A stretch of 64,000 nucleotides of DNA from a virus (lineage: Duplodnaviria; Heunggongvirae; Uroviricota; Caudoviricetes): positions 37,073-101,072 of the IMG/VR virus record IMGVR_UViG_3300031994_002305; one strand, 5' to 3'. The translations under genes were made by a program, and so were the position numbers. Shown here piece after piece: positions 1 through 10,670 of this stretch (positions are counted from its first letter, which is position 1; each line of letters opens with the position of its first letter). The notes below the pieces were generated by a model. That model was given only the letters and a program-made list of their open reading frames with translations. It did no database searches and was not told where the DNA came from.

Positions 1-236
1 GCTAATGAATAAACTGATTTTTTACGTGTTGCCGTAAAAATATTTTGTTCAGTTAAAGCATCTTCAATATAGAACATTATATTTTGCATAATGCCCTTAA
101 TACCATCAAATATTACACCAAATATTTGAGTATGTGTATATTCTAAACCTAAATTATTAAATGTTTTAGCAAGATATCTTCTTACTGTATCATCAAATTT
201 TTCAAAACTTAATTCGGTTTTCTTAAATAAATTCAT
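1..236 (-). CDS. Baseplate wedge subunit (T4 gp6-like), N-terminal part; continues beyond the window edge
   Basis: Not in the ORF track. ATG at 236 reads MNLFKKTELSFEKFDDTVRRYLAK...FYIEDALTEQNIFTATRKKSVYSLA, matching the gp6 N-terminal pattern E.F..TA..R.SV..LA. Lies downstream of a gp25-like gene. Confidence 0.65.
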   Translation of the reverse strand, partial: MNLFKKTELSFEKFDDTVRRYLAKTFNNLGLEYTHTQIFGVIFDGIKGIMQNIMFYIEDALTEQNIFTATRKKSVYSL

Positions 237-238
237 AA

Positions 239-583
239 TTATCTAAATTCATATTGTCTTTGTATATTATTTCCTGAATCATCTGAAACAGAAATATTAA
301 CATCATATATCATTCTGTAATCACCTTTAATTGTATTTACAAATATTGATACATGTAAATTTTTTAAAAAATATGTATCTTTTATTTTATCTTCAATATA
401 CTTTTTTACTGAATTAGGAGAAGGTGATAATTGCCATAAAAATTGTTCAAAATCAGTTCCAAATAATGGATCACCAATTAATTCAGTATTTGTTGTGTTT
501 AATAAAATATCTAATTCTTGTACACCAGCATCTAAATCATTTTTTATGAATACTCTATGATCTAATGATAAATCTAATATCAT
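239..583 (-). CDS. Baseplate gp25-like protein (sheath initiator family)
   Basis: Motif QELDILLNT..TELIGDPLFGTDFEQFLW is typical of gp25/GPW. Likely start is the ATG at 583. Confidence 0.7.
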   Translation of the reverse strand: MILDLSLDHRVFIKNDLDAGVQELDILLNTTNTELIGDPLFGTDFEQFLWQLSPSPNSVKKYIEDKIKDTYFLKNLHVSIFVNTIKGDYRMIYDVNISVSDDSGNNIQRQYEFR

Positions 584-594
584 AATATAAAATA

Positions 595-2715
595 TTAATT
601 TATTGACCAATTACCAGAAGATATATATGTACCTTCTCCATCTGTTATATTATATATTCCTTCAACGTTATCAAGATAATTTGAATTAATTTCAAATATA
701 ACAAAAATATCATTTCGTCCAATTTCAATATATTCATTGTTGTCAATAATTATCTTGAATACATCTACTTTTGACATATATTCTGATAAGTTAATACCTA
801 TTTTTTGATTTAATGCTGGACGTAATGTTATATTTTGTAAATCTTTAACTTTATAAAAAATTGGCTTAAATATAATTTTTTGATTATTGTTTTTATTTAT
901 TATTGGTATTTCATTGCTTTCTTTATGAACAATACATTTTATAGAATTAATAAAATTAATATTTGTATCATTATTTAAATCAATTACTTTCATAATATCT
1001 TTATTATTAGTTTCTTTATTTAATATTGAAAGAGTAGTTAATCTATAGACCTTAGGATCATTAATTAAATATTTAAACCATTCTTTTGTAATAATAACTA
1101 AGTTACTTTTTATTTCTATGCCTAACACATGATCATAAAATGTAGTTCTTATTAACAATTGTTCTGGCTTATGCTCCCATTTTTCAAATATATTATTTAA
1201 TTTGAAAGCAAAGTCGTCAATATCATTAAAATTAACTCTAACATTAGTTTCATAAATAATATGCTTAAAATATTGGTCTGAAGCAATTTCAATCTTAAAG
1301 CCTAAGAATTGTGTTGTGGTACCAAATTCTTCTTCATATTCTTTAACTATTGTTTCTTTCATAATTTGTTTCCAAACATTTAACAATTCAGTTTTATCTT
1401 CATAGTTAACATTGGTAACTTCTTTAACAGTTTGTATAATATCGTCACTAATTGTGTCTACTGCATCAATTTCTTCTATTTCTTTTAAAACATCTTCATT
1501 AATAAATAAGTTATAATACTTATCATCAACATTATTATAATATTTATATGCTTCTTTAATAGGTGATGTTGTTTCATCGTCTTTATATAATGAATAAAAA
1601 TATGATTTATTAGGATAATTAAAAAATGATACTAATGAAATAATGCCTTCAGAAAAACCTAATCTTGACATCAAACTAAATTTAAATTCATTATGTATTG
1701 AAGAATAACCTTGATTTAAATTAGAATCTAAAATGTATAAATTTGTTTGTTCATCAATTTCAGAATAAGGATATAAAACTATATTTAATGTATTTGTCAA
1801 GTAGTTGTCATTAATTGACATATTACTTTTTAAATATAACTTTACAAATATTTTTTCATCATTACTTAAATCATTATCATAATTAAATTTTGAATCAGCT
1901 GCATATTCTTCAATTATTCTATAAGGTTGTATAAATAAATTAAATGGTACAATTTGTGCATCACTATATTCATTATCTTCATAATGCTCAATATCAGAAG
2001 AATTACTCATAATAGAATTAATAAATTTTTCATTACGAGTAGATGCAACAATATTAAAATCTTCTTTATAGAAAATATTATAATTTCCTAATTCATCAAC
2101 TTTAAATAAATCTTGCATATTTGGAAAATAAAATTCTATAAATTCCGAATAGCATTCATTATTAATTTTTATTTCTGTCTCAGAATTTGTTATTAAATTA
2201 TTTATAGGCTTACACAAATAATGAATATGAATATTATTTACATAATTTGATATATCTAAAATTGCAGTTAAATTACGTTTTGTGATTGGGTGATATAAAC
2301 GAATTTTATCACATTTTATTTGTGCAGAAACTAATGTATTATGTTTAATTTGAAATAATTCATAAACATCTTTACCATATTTGCCATCTATAAATAATGA
2401 TTCATTATTTGGCAAATTAAAATTATCATTAAATTTAACATAATTATTACTAAATGAATTAATTTTTGCATCAGTTACTGGAAATGAAATAACATCACTA
2501 AAACTATTTGTTGATTTTAATTCATTTATATATTCATTAAAATATTTTTTCTCTATAAGATATATATCATTATCATGAACTAAATTATTCATTATATTAT
2601 AATTTCTTAACATAACAAATTCAGCCATGTACTGATTGTCAATCAAATCAGTATTTACATCATAATATTCTATTAAATATTTATATTCGTTAATATTTAA
2701 GATACTTCTTTTCAC
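595..2715 (-). CDS. Large hypothetical protein, probably virion/baseplate-associated
   Basis: 706-aa ORF co-oriented with and directly upstream of the baseplate genes; no motif recognised. Confidence 0.5.
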   Translation of the reverse strand: MKRSILNINEYKYLIEYYDVNTDLIDNQYMAEFVMLRNYNIMNNLVHDNDIYLIEKKYFNEYINELKSTNSFSDVISFPVTDAKINSFSNNYVKFNDNFNLPNNESLFIDGKYGKDVYELFQIKHNTLVSAQIKCDKIRLYHPITKRNLTAILDISNYVNNIHIHYLCKPINNLITNSETEIKINNECYSEFIEFYFPNMQDLFKVDELGNYNIFYKEDFNIVASTRNEKFINSIMSNSSDIEHYEDNEYSDAQIVPFNLFIQPYRIIEEYAADSKFNYDNDLSNDEKIFVKLYLKSNMSINDNYLTNTLNIVLYPYSEIDEQTNLYILDSNLNQGYSSIHNEFKFSLMSRLGFSEGIISLVSFFNYPNKSYFYSLYKDDETTSPIKEAYKYYNNVDDKYYNLFINEDVLKEIEEIDAVDTISDDIIQTVKEVTNVNYEDKTELLNVWKQIMKETIVKEYEEEFGTTTQFLGFKIEIASDQYFKHIIYETNVRVNFNDIDDFAFKLNNIFEKWEHKPEQLLIRTTFYDHVLGIEIKSNLVIITKEWFKYLINDPKVYRLTTLSILNKETNNKDIMKVIDLNNDTNINFINSIKCIVHKESNEIPIINKNNNQKIIFKPIFYKVKDLQNITLRPALNQKIGINLSEYMSKVDVFKIIIDNNEYIEIGRNDIFVIFEINSNYLDNVEGIYNITDGEGTYISSGNWSIN

Positions 2716-2767
2716 AAATTAATCAAATAACTATTTATTAAAAATATATATTTAGTTTGATTTTTTA

Positions 2768-2795
2768 TTGAATTTCTAGAAATTTAAACTATATT
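2768..2795 (+). promoter_or_regulatory. Conserved phage promoter TTGAAW-N16-TATATT
   Basis: TTGAAT at 2768 and TATATT at 2790, upstream of a + strand gene run; the motif recurs more than 10 times. Confidence 0.7.
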
Positions 2796-2827
2796 TTAAA
2801 TACAAATAATAAATAAAAAACATAAAT

Positions 2828-3637
2828 ATGAAAACTTGGAAGATAGTTAAAAAGATTTATGATGGAAATACTAAAATCATTAAATACGATAAGAATTGTA
2901 TTTGTGACTTTATAGAAAATGAACCACAACTTAATGAAGTGATATATTTAACATATCGCAGGAAATTTATATTCTTTTGGGAACGTATGGGGCAACTTTC
3001 AGAAGAAGGTTTAATCAATCTTTGTAAACGTGTTTCAGAATCTCCCATACATATGACAATTGAAGATATTTTTATTTTGAAAAACTTTTAATCAGTTAAA
3101 TATGGATAAGAATAGTATTTACGTTAAGAACTCAGTTGAGAATCTTCGTGAGTATGCAAAGCTGCATGGACTGAAACTTGTGTTTCGTAACACTCCTACT
3201 AATGCTGGTGATTTCTGTTTTTTCATTTATAAACCAGTATATATGGGCTATCATACAAAATATTTGATTGGATTTGATGGATCTTGGAATGTCGATTCAA
3301 AAGATAGTATTAGTTTTGATAGATGTTGGGATGCCGCTCATAAGTTTATTTCAAATTATAAAGCCTAATGAGACCACGTATAAGTACATTTGGAAAAATA
3401 ACTCGTAAAGAATTAGAGCAATATCTTAACGAGAATCAAGTATATGGATTTACTGCTAAAGTAAATGAAGATACAATTACATATAGTTATACTATGATGT
3501 TTAGAGATAATAAAAAAGATCCCGAAATACTATATGTTAAAGTATCTAAAGCTTCAAAACTTGTAATTAATGCTTATACAAATAGAGGAAAGAAATTTAA
3601 TAATGTTGATGAATTAAAAAAGTATACGAAAAAATAA
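2828..3637 (+). other. Three small hypothetical CDSs (2828-3091, 3102-3368, 3368-3637)
   Basis: Tightly packed co-oriented ORFs after a promoter. Confidence 0.7.
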
Positions 3638-3949
3638 TTAAATGAATGGGTTATCTTTAAGAGCTTCCAATATTTTTTCACATTGCATACATTCGTTCTT
3701 AAAGTTAATAACTTCTTCAACAGTAAGATCAAACCATTCATTTTTTATATTTGATGGTGCATGTTTAGCATGCATCATCTTTTCAATTTTTAATGGATTA
3801 TCTGTTTCATAAAAACTATGCAACCAAATTTCAAAAGGATTACCAGTTTGGAGTTCTCTTATTCTTTTATGAATATCTTTATTCTTTGTCATTCCTATTT
3901 TAAATTTTTCACCGTCACATAATAAATAAACAAATCCATGATTTAACAT
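3638..3949 (-). CDS. GIY-YIG superfamily protein (T5orf172/MUG113-like)
   Basis: GFVYLL..G..FKIGMT....RIRELQTGNP...IEKMMH......NEWF. Confidence 0.85.
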   Translation of the reverse strand: MLNHGFVYLLCDGEKFKIGMTKNKDIHKRIRELQTGNPFEIWLHSFYETDNPLKIEKMMHAKHAPSNIKNEWFDLTVEEVINFKNECMQCEKILEALKDNPFI

Positions 3950-3977
3950 TTTTAAACAAAAATAAATTTAAATAATA

Positions 3978-4005
3978 TTGAAAATATATTAAAAAGTACT
4001 ATATT
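3978..4005 (+). promoter_or_regulatory. Conserved phage promoter
   Basis: TTGAAA-N16-TATATT. Confidence 0.65.
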
Positions 4006-4041
4006 TTATAAGTAATAATATTTAAATCAAACGAAATATAT

Positions 4042-6521
4042 ATGAACAATGTAATGAAAATTTCTGAGTTAATTGAAAAATTGGAAGAAATTAAAAAAAA
4101 TAAAGGTGATCTACCAATTGGCACAGATGCAAATGTAGATATTGCATATTTGGAATCAGTAAATGTTAACACTCATTATTTTTATGATATTGGAGAACAT
4201 TTTATTCCTAAAGATGAAAAAATTAAAGAACAAGAGTTTGTTATGTTAAAATTTGAATTCTAATTGTATTAAATATGAATAATATTACAAAACTTGCATT
4301 TAAATTCAGAGATTGGTTTAATAGTGATAAATTTCCTGAAGATTTGGAAACTGCAGATGTAGAAGATTGTGTACTAGCATGGGCAGATTATTCTGAGACA
4401 GATCTTGGAGATAATTTTGATGCAGTATGCGAACGTATTGTTGAATTGGGAATATGTTAATATGAAAAAATTTTGCTATTTTTTAATTGGATTTATGTTT
4501 GCTTTGTTTTTCACAACCTTTATGGATTTTGAATTTTCAGAAGCATTACGTAATTATAATTTTGTATATTTAGCAAAATATATTGGTCCTGCTTTATTTG
4601 GCGGATTACTTTACATGATTATTACTATATTTGGCGAACGTTTAGATAAAATTGAAAAAGATATTAATGAATTAAATAAAAAGTAATTATGAAGAATATT
4701 GCTAACGATTACGAAAAGTACGAAACATCAAACAATTATCAGAAGACTAAGAAGCATAATAAGAACAAGTGGAAGTAATTATGAATAAGTCTCTTTATTA
4801 CATTGAATGTACTTGTATTAAGGATTGTTCATATCCTAATATTGATTTTCATATTGGGGATGTTTTCTATTACAATAAGAAAGCAGCTTCAAATGAAATG
4901 TATTTATTTTATTCTTATAAGAATAAAAGATATCCAACAGAACAAGAAAAAGACTATATTGGTGTAACATTTGGTAAATATACTTCTCATATTCCATTTA
5001 CAAGACAAAAAAGATTTGCAAAGAAGTGGGAAATTAAGAGATATCCTGATTGGGAAGCTAGAATAATTAATGAGAAAGGTGAGTTTAATGCTGTTGTAAA
5101 GGAAATTAAAGTAACATACGAAGAGGAGGAAGTATAATGGAAGAATACCCAACGATAATTACTGAATGTTATAAATTACCACCATTTGGTAATTTTACAA
5201 TAGGATCATCATATGTATTACATGAGGAACGTATGAATGATATTGCATGGTTTTGGTGTTATGATGATAAATATGAAAGACACCAATTTCACGAAAAAGG
5301 CTATATTAAATATTTTAAATAATGAAAGAATTAACAGATATTGTAAAAGATTTTGAATTAACCTCAGGAGCGTTTTTAAAACATTATTGTGTTTTAGGTA
5401 TTAAATGTTTCTATGATATTATCGAAGGAACATGGGATAATAAACCTTATAAAGATTTTATCTTATATGTATCTACTCCTAATTCAAAAGATATGTATAA
5501 TGCCAATGTTGCAAGAGAAACAATTATTGATGAATTAACAGATACTAATAATTGTTATATGGGCATATATGCAAACTATGATGCAAACTATGATATGATG
5601 AAGGATCGTACTGTTATTATTCTTCGTAAATATAATGATGATAAAGAATTGTATTAATTATGAAAGATTTTAGTAAAGAACCAATTCGTATTGCCCACGT
5701 CATTCTTTGGCGTAAAGGTTGGTATCAACATAGTGGTAATATATATGATTATGATTCTACTATGAAAGATATTCGTGAAATGCTGAAATATGATGGTTAT
5801 GAACCACAGTTTATGACTAACAAAGATGTAATGCATATTATAATCAGAGCATACGATGAATATTTTCTGTGGGCATTAAACAATAATGTATCTGGTTTTT
5901 ATGATCCTTTAATGAGTGTTATTACTGGAACATATCATAATTGTTATCCAAATAATCCATTTATGTTTAATATGGTACTTGAAATTCTTGCGAAGTTTGC
6001 TTGGGTTGAAACAAAATATTTGAAGTTACCTACGCCACATTATAATAAAAATACATATAAGATAGGTTGTTATAAACCAGGTATGACATATACTTGGATG
6101 AATAAATATGCTAAAGAAACATTTGAACAACATGAAGTGGTATAATGAATCAAATTTTGAATTAAGAACTGGTACTGTATATGTAGTACATTATTCTGAA
6201 AAATCTCGTAAGGATGTTATTACACAAGATAAATTAGATAAAGAAAAACGTGATACTACATTTAAGTATGACCCTACTAAATCATTTGTAAAGGAAGGAC
6301 GATGGTGGAGTCCAAATATGTCTACACCATTTGTGTGGGCGTTTCATTTCAATAGAATTAATTGGAAAAATGCAAAGGCCTGGATTTATGAAGAAGATTT
6401 GTTACAAGAATATTATGCAAATAATGAGAAGCCCGTAGAACCAGCGGATATTGTAGAAAAATTAAATTTATCTGATGAAAACTTAAATTTATCTGAAATT
6501 CAAGTGAATAAATTAAGATAA
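4042..6521 (+). other. Run of about 8 small hypothetical CDSs
   Basis: Abutting or overlapping + strand ORFs (4042, 4275, ~4462, ~4781, 5137, 5322, 5660, ~6132). Confidence 0.7.
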
Positions 6522-6623
6522 TGTAAATATTATTAAAAAACAATAAAATAACAAACGATTGGTAGTATTGGAAAGTTATCTACCCGTACATCAATCAATA
6601 ATAAAATATAAAGTATAATTATT

Positions 6624-7094
6624 ATGATTGGAACAATAAGTTTTAAAAAGTTTTCAGGTGAGAGACTTGAAAGTGTTACAGATTATATCAAGAATTATCT
6701 CAAGGAACATAATGAGCCTATTGACATAATTGTTGGTACAGACTCTCAAAACAAGGCAAGAACAACAACATATTCAACAGTTATTGTTCTTTATACACCA
6801 GGTCATGGTGGCCACTGTATATTTAAGCGTTGGAATACTCCAAAGGAAAAAGTTCGTCAAACACGTCTTCTTAAAGAAGTTGAGGAATCTCTTAACGTTG
6901 CTAAAGAACTAGTAGACAATGGATGCCCAAAGCCAAAGTATATTGATATTGATATTAATCCAAATCCAAAATATAAGTCTAACGAAGTTTTCGCTGCTGC
7001 TAAAGGATGGGTTGAGGGTGAAGGTTATGAAGTACGTTTCAAGACTATTGCACCACTTGCAACATCTGCAGCCGATTGGCTTGTTAAATGCTAA
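6624..7094 (+). CDS. Ribonuclease H-like YkuK family protein
   Basis: IIVGTDSQ N-terminal motif, RLLKEVEESL, DIDIN..P.YKSN, and C-terminal A..AAD. Confidence 0.8.
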   Translation: MIGTISFKKFSGERLESVTDYIKNYLKEHNEPIDIIVGTDSQNKARTTTYSTVIVLYTPGHGGHCIFKRWNTPKEKVRQTRLLKEVEESLNVAKELVDNGCPKPKYIDIDINPNPKYKSNEVFAAAKGWVEGEGYEVRFKTIAPLATSAADWLVKC

Positions 7095-7120
7095 AGAGGG
7101 TTCTTTAAAGAACCCTCTTT
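7093..7120. terminator. Bidirectional intrinsic terminator
   Basis: Perfect 28-bp palindrome AAAGAGGGTTCTTT/AAAGAACCCTCTTT between convergent genes. Confidence 0.8.
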
Positions 7121-7294
7121 CTATATTTTATATCTTTTAAATCTTTTCTTTCTTTTTGATTTTACAAATCCTGTATTAGGAATATCACCAGATCCAGGTT
7201 GTGTTTCTGTTGGAAAATTAATATTTCCCATACCTAATGTTGTTGCTGGTGTTGTAAAAATTTCTTCCTTTATAAATTGTTTTAAATCTTTCAT
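7121..7294 (-). CDS. Small hypothetical protein (57 aa) with a capsid-targeting-like N-terminus and a basic tail
   Basis: Not in the ORF track: MKDLKQFIKEEIFTTPATTLGMGNINFPTETQPGSGDIPNTGFVKSKRKKRFKRYKI, ending at TAG just before the terminator. Confidence 0.65.
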   Translation of the reverse strand: MKDLKQFIKEEIFTTPATTLGMGNINFPTETQPGSGDIPNTGFVKSKRKKRFKRYKI

Positions 7295-7297
7295 AAA

Positions 7298-7651
7298 TTA
7301 TTCATCAATATCATCGCCAAAATATGACATAAATGCAGCAATATATTCTTTACCATCTAATTTAAATGATATCTCCCAATCGTTTGAAGTTTCTTGAGAT
7401 GTTACTTTAATGTTTTTATCCCAATTATCATTTAAGAATTTTGCTATTTCTTTACATGCTTTATCTGGATCTGAATCATTAAAATTATCAAACCATCCAT
7501 TATCTAATAATCCTTGACAATCTTTTGGTTCAACTTTTCCATCTTTTCCATCAGGCATTTCCCCAAGACATGCCCATTTGGCAAAATCACCTACAGTTGC
7601 TTGATCAACATGTTTTTTACCTTCTAATATAAATTCTTTAATATTTTTCAT
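7298..7651 (-). CDS. Hypothetical protein, N-terminus MKNIKEFILE (putative internal head protein)
   Basis: 117-aa ORF whose N-terminus resembles the T4 internal-protein capsid targeting sequence. Confidence 0.6.
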   Translation of the reverse strand: MKNIKEFILEGKKHVDQATVGDFAKWACLGEMPDGKDGKVEPKDCQGLLDNGWFDNFNDSDPDKACKEIAKFLNDNWDKNIKVTSQETSNDWEISFKLDGKEYIAAFMSYFGDDIDE

Positions 7652-7676
7652 TATTTATCTTTAATTATTAATATTT

Positions 7677-9296
7677 TTATTCTTCTTCTTGTTTTTTCTT
7701 TTCAGCTTCTTCTTTGAATGAATAAGCCAAATCATCTTCAAGAATATGTTTTTTAGCAGGATTAATCTGATAAGCTAATTTAGACATAATATCTCTATTA
7801 ATTAATACCTTTTGTTTTTTATCACGATTATCAACTAATGCAAATTCTGCATTAAGAAGCTTACGTGAACCTACTTGTATACAAGGAATTAATACTGTTG
7901 TACGAGGTTCTGTTACTTGTCCAACAATAGCTTTAGATTCACCTTCTTTTTCAAATACATATTTCTTACCTTCTATTGTTGCTTCAATTTTATCTCCGAG
8001 ATCACTAATTGAATCACATCCTATAGTAGAAGCTTTTGCACCATTTCCTGTATCAAATTTAGCTTCAAATTCAATCGAATCCTTTTCATTATCTGTAAAT
8101 GTAAATTTAACATTTTCAAGATATCCTATTGCTTTAGGAGCCAATACTAATTCATTAACATCATTTATTTCATCAAGTAATATTTTCATAAAGTTTGTTT
8201 TTATTACTGAAGAAATACCATCTGTACCTGGAGATGCATTATATTCAAGAACTACATTATCACCAATTTCTGGATTTGATCCTTTTACAAGTGGCATAAT
8301 ATCTACAGCACACCATGGCATACCTGAAATTTTTGCAACCTTAAGTGCTATTTCTTCCTGCTCTGGAGTTAATTCAACTGATTCTGCTGTTGCTCCTAAT
8401 GATACATTTGAACGGAAATCACCTCCAAGTTTTTTACGTTTCATTTGAGCAAGAATCTTTTGTTTAGTTCTCATAGTCAATACATGAACACGAATATCAC
8501 CACCATCAGCTTCTTCTTTCTTTTGTACTAATAATTCACGTTCTTCATCTACAGCAAATACCATCTGAAGCATTGAAAGAATAGTTTTACCTGTTTGCAT
8601 TGTAACACCAGTTCCGCCATGCCCATCAAGAATCTTTACAACATATTCACGTTTTTTATCTTTTTCTTCATCTTCGCCAAGGTCAGGATAAATTTCTTTA
8701 AGTTTCTTTTGCAATGATTCTTCACCCTTTTCAATATCATTTTTAGATATTAATACAAAACGTGGTTGTGGAATTTCATAACGTTCCATTAAAACAGAAG
8801 ATTGGTATTTGTTTGATGCTTTCTTGGCTGATTGAATAGGGTTTAATACAAAGAATCCCCAATCTTGGAGTTCTTTAATTAATTCCATGCATTCCTCAGA
8901 ATCTTGAGCACCAAGACGAGTTATGACAATTGTATCAATATTTGATTGTTCATCAACAGTATATTTGTTTTTATTATCATGCCATTCAATTTTGTCATCA
9001 GTAGCTTTATAATCTACTTCTTCAGCAACGAATGGAAATATTTCTACATCTTTTCCTTCAATAGCTTGTTCAAGATTTTTTAATGTCTTATTTGTCTTTG
9101 AGTCTCTATCATTAGTAAAGAAAAGAATATTCTTAAAAAAGTATTCGTCTTTTTTAGGTTTTTTAGCTACTTCATTTTTTTCAACAATAACTTTTTGTGC
9201 TTCTTGTTCTTTAATGATTTTTTCTTTACGTTTCTTTTCAGCTGCTTCTAAAACTGAAGCAATTACTAAAGGATCATTATAATTAATTTCTTTCAT
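7677..9296 (-). CDS. rimK: RimK-family ATP-grasp ligase fused to a C-terminal retropepsin-like (RimB-type) protease domain
   Basis: ATP-grasp motifs VVKILDGHGGTGV, DIRVHV, DFRSNVSLG, AVDIM, VLEYNASPG; C-terminal AKFDTGNG ... VLINRD. Confidence 0.8.
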   Translation of the reverse strand: MKEINYNDPLVIASVLEAAEKKRKEKIIKEQEAQKVIVEKNEVAKKPKKDEYFFKNILFFTNDRDSKTNKTLKNLEQAIEGKDVEIFPFVAEEVDYKATDDKIEWHDNKNKYTVDEQSNIDTIVITRLGAQDSEECMELIKELQDWGFFVLNPIQSAKKASNKYQSSVLMERYEIPQPRFVLISKNDIEKGEESLQKKLKEIYPDLGEDEEKDKKREYVVKILDGHGGTGVTMQTGKTILSMLQMVFAVDEERELLVQKKEEADGGDIRVHVLTMRTKQKILAQMKRKKLGGDFRSNVSLGATAESVELTPEQEEIALKVAKISGMPWCAVDIMPLVKGSNPEIGDNVVLEYNASPGTDGISSVIKTNFMKILLDEINDVNELVLAPKAIGYLENVKFTFTDNEKDSIEFEAKFDTGNGAKASTIGCDSISDLGDKIEATIEGKKYVFEKEGESKAIVGQVTEPRTTVLIPCIQVGSRKLLNAEFALVDNRDKKQKVLINRDIMSKLAYQINPAKKHILEDDLAYSFKEEAEKKKQEEE

Positions 9297-9407
9297 AATA
9301 ATTTCTATATTTAATATATATTAAAAATAACTAAAATAATGTAAATTTAATAATTGATATTAATGTTCTATTTTTAATTATAAGAGTAAAAATATGTGTA
9401 AATATGA

Positions 9408-9953
9408 ATGAAATTAATAATTATAGAAGGACCAGATAATTGTGGTAAGAATACATTAATAAATAAAATTTCAGAAAATTTTCTAACTGTAACAAATATC
9501 CATTACACTAAGCCTGAAAACAAATACATCCAAAATACTGTATTTAGAGGATATGCTTATGCAATAGTAAATAAAGTTTATGATACTGATGCAGTTATTT
9601 TGAATAGAAGTCATTATGGAGAATTTGTTTATGGATGTCTTTATAGAGGAATTTCTGATAAAGATGCATTAGATATCATAAGCGAAATAGATGATATATA
9701 CATAAAAAACAATATTGATGTTTATTATATTCAATTATTATCAACATCTGATAAATTACTTTTAAAGAATGATGATAATAAATCATTATCAAAAGGAAAT
9801 ATTGAATCAATTGCTGCTGAGCAAAGAAGATTTAGAACTGTATTTGATGAATCAAAATTAAATAGAACATTAATATTAGTTAATGATGGTGAAAAATTTA
9901 AATCACCAGACGATATATATAATGAAGCAATAAATTTTATAAATAAAAAATAA
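9408..9953 (+). CDS. Thymidylate-kinase-like dNMP kinase
   Basis: P-loop IIIEGPDNCGKNT and NRSHYGEFVYG. Confidence 0.8.
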   Translation: MKLIIIEGPDNCGKNTLINKISENFLTVTNIHYTKPENKYIQNTVFRGYAYAIVNKVYDTDAVILNRSHYGEFVYGCLYRGISDKDALDIISEIDDIYIKNNIDVYYIQLLSTSDKLLLKNDDNKSLSKGNIESIAAEQRRFRTVFDESKLNRTLILVNDGEKFKSPDDIYNEAINFINKK

Positions 9954-9954
9954 T

Positions 9955-10668
9955 ATGCAGAATACAAACGATATATTAAATCAATTTAAAGAAAAATACA
10001 AGAATAAAGATTTTCGTATAATTGGTAATGCAGTACAACAATCAAAAACAATTGAATTACAAAATGTTCAATTTGAAGTAGATAAGCCTTGGATTGTTCG
10101 TGAACCTAATTATGAATATTTTGAAAAGGAATTAAAATGGTATGAATCTCAAAGTTTGAATGTTAATGATATTCCTGGTGGTGCTCCAGCAATGTGGAAA
10201 GCTTGTGCAACTCCTGATGGTTATATTAATTCAAATTATGGATGGATGATTTGGTCTATTGATAATAGTGAACAATATAAGCATTGTTTGAATAAGTTAA
10301 TTGAAGATCCACATACACGTGAAGCTTGTATGATTTATAATCGTCCAAGTATGCAAGAAGATTATAAGAAAAATGGAATGCATGATTTTTGCTGTACTTA
10401 TGCAGTTCAATGTTTCTTAAATGAAGATGAAGGTGGAAGATATCATTTGAAATATATTGTATATCAAAGAAGTCAAGACGCAGTATTTGGATTCGATAAT
10501 GATATACTTTGGCATATGTATGTACAAAATCAATTAGCTAATGATTTATTTGGAAAAATTATACCAACTATAGGTATTGCAACTCCAATAATTTGTGATC
10601 CTATTATAAATAACGTTGGTAGTCTTCACGTATATGAGCGCCATTTTAAATATTTAGAAAACAAATAA
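9955..10668 (+). CDS. Thymidylate synthase superfamily, dCMP hydroxymethylase/hydroxylase (T4 gp42-like)
   Basis: INSNYGW, DFCCT (catalytic Cys), QRSQDAVFGFDND with Asp at the dCMP-specificity position, and GSLHVYERHF. Confidence 0.8.
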   Translation: MQNTNDILNQFKEKYKNKDFRIIGNAVQQSKTIELQNVQFEVDKPWIVREPNYEYFEKELKWYESQSLNVNDIPGGAPAMWKACATPDGYINSNYGWMIWSIDNSEQYKHCLNKLIEDPHTREACMIYNRPSMQEDYKKNGMHDFCCTYAVQCFLNEDEGGRYHLKYIVYQRSQDAVFGFDNDILWHMYVQNQLANDLFGKIIPTIGIATPIICDPIINNVGSLHVYERHFKYLENK

Positions 10669-10670
10669 AT

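Noticed and set aside
9955-10668. Ordinary thymidylate synthase (thyA)
   Set aside because: It has Asp rather than Asn at the specificity position, gp42-like motifs, and a glycosyltransferase gene neighbourhood.
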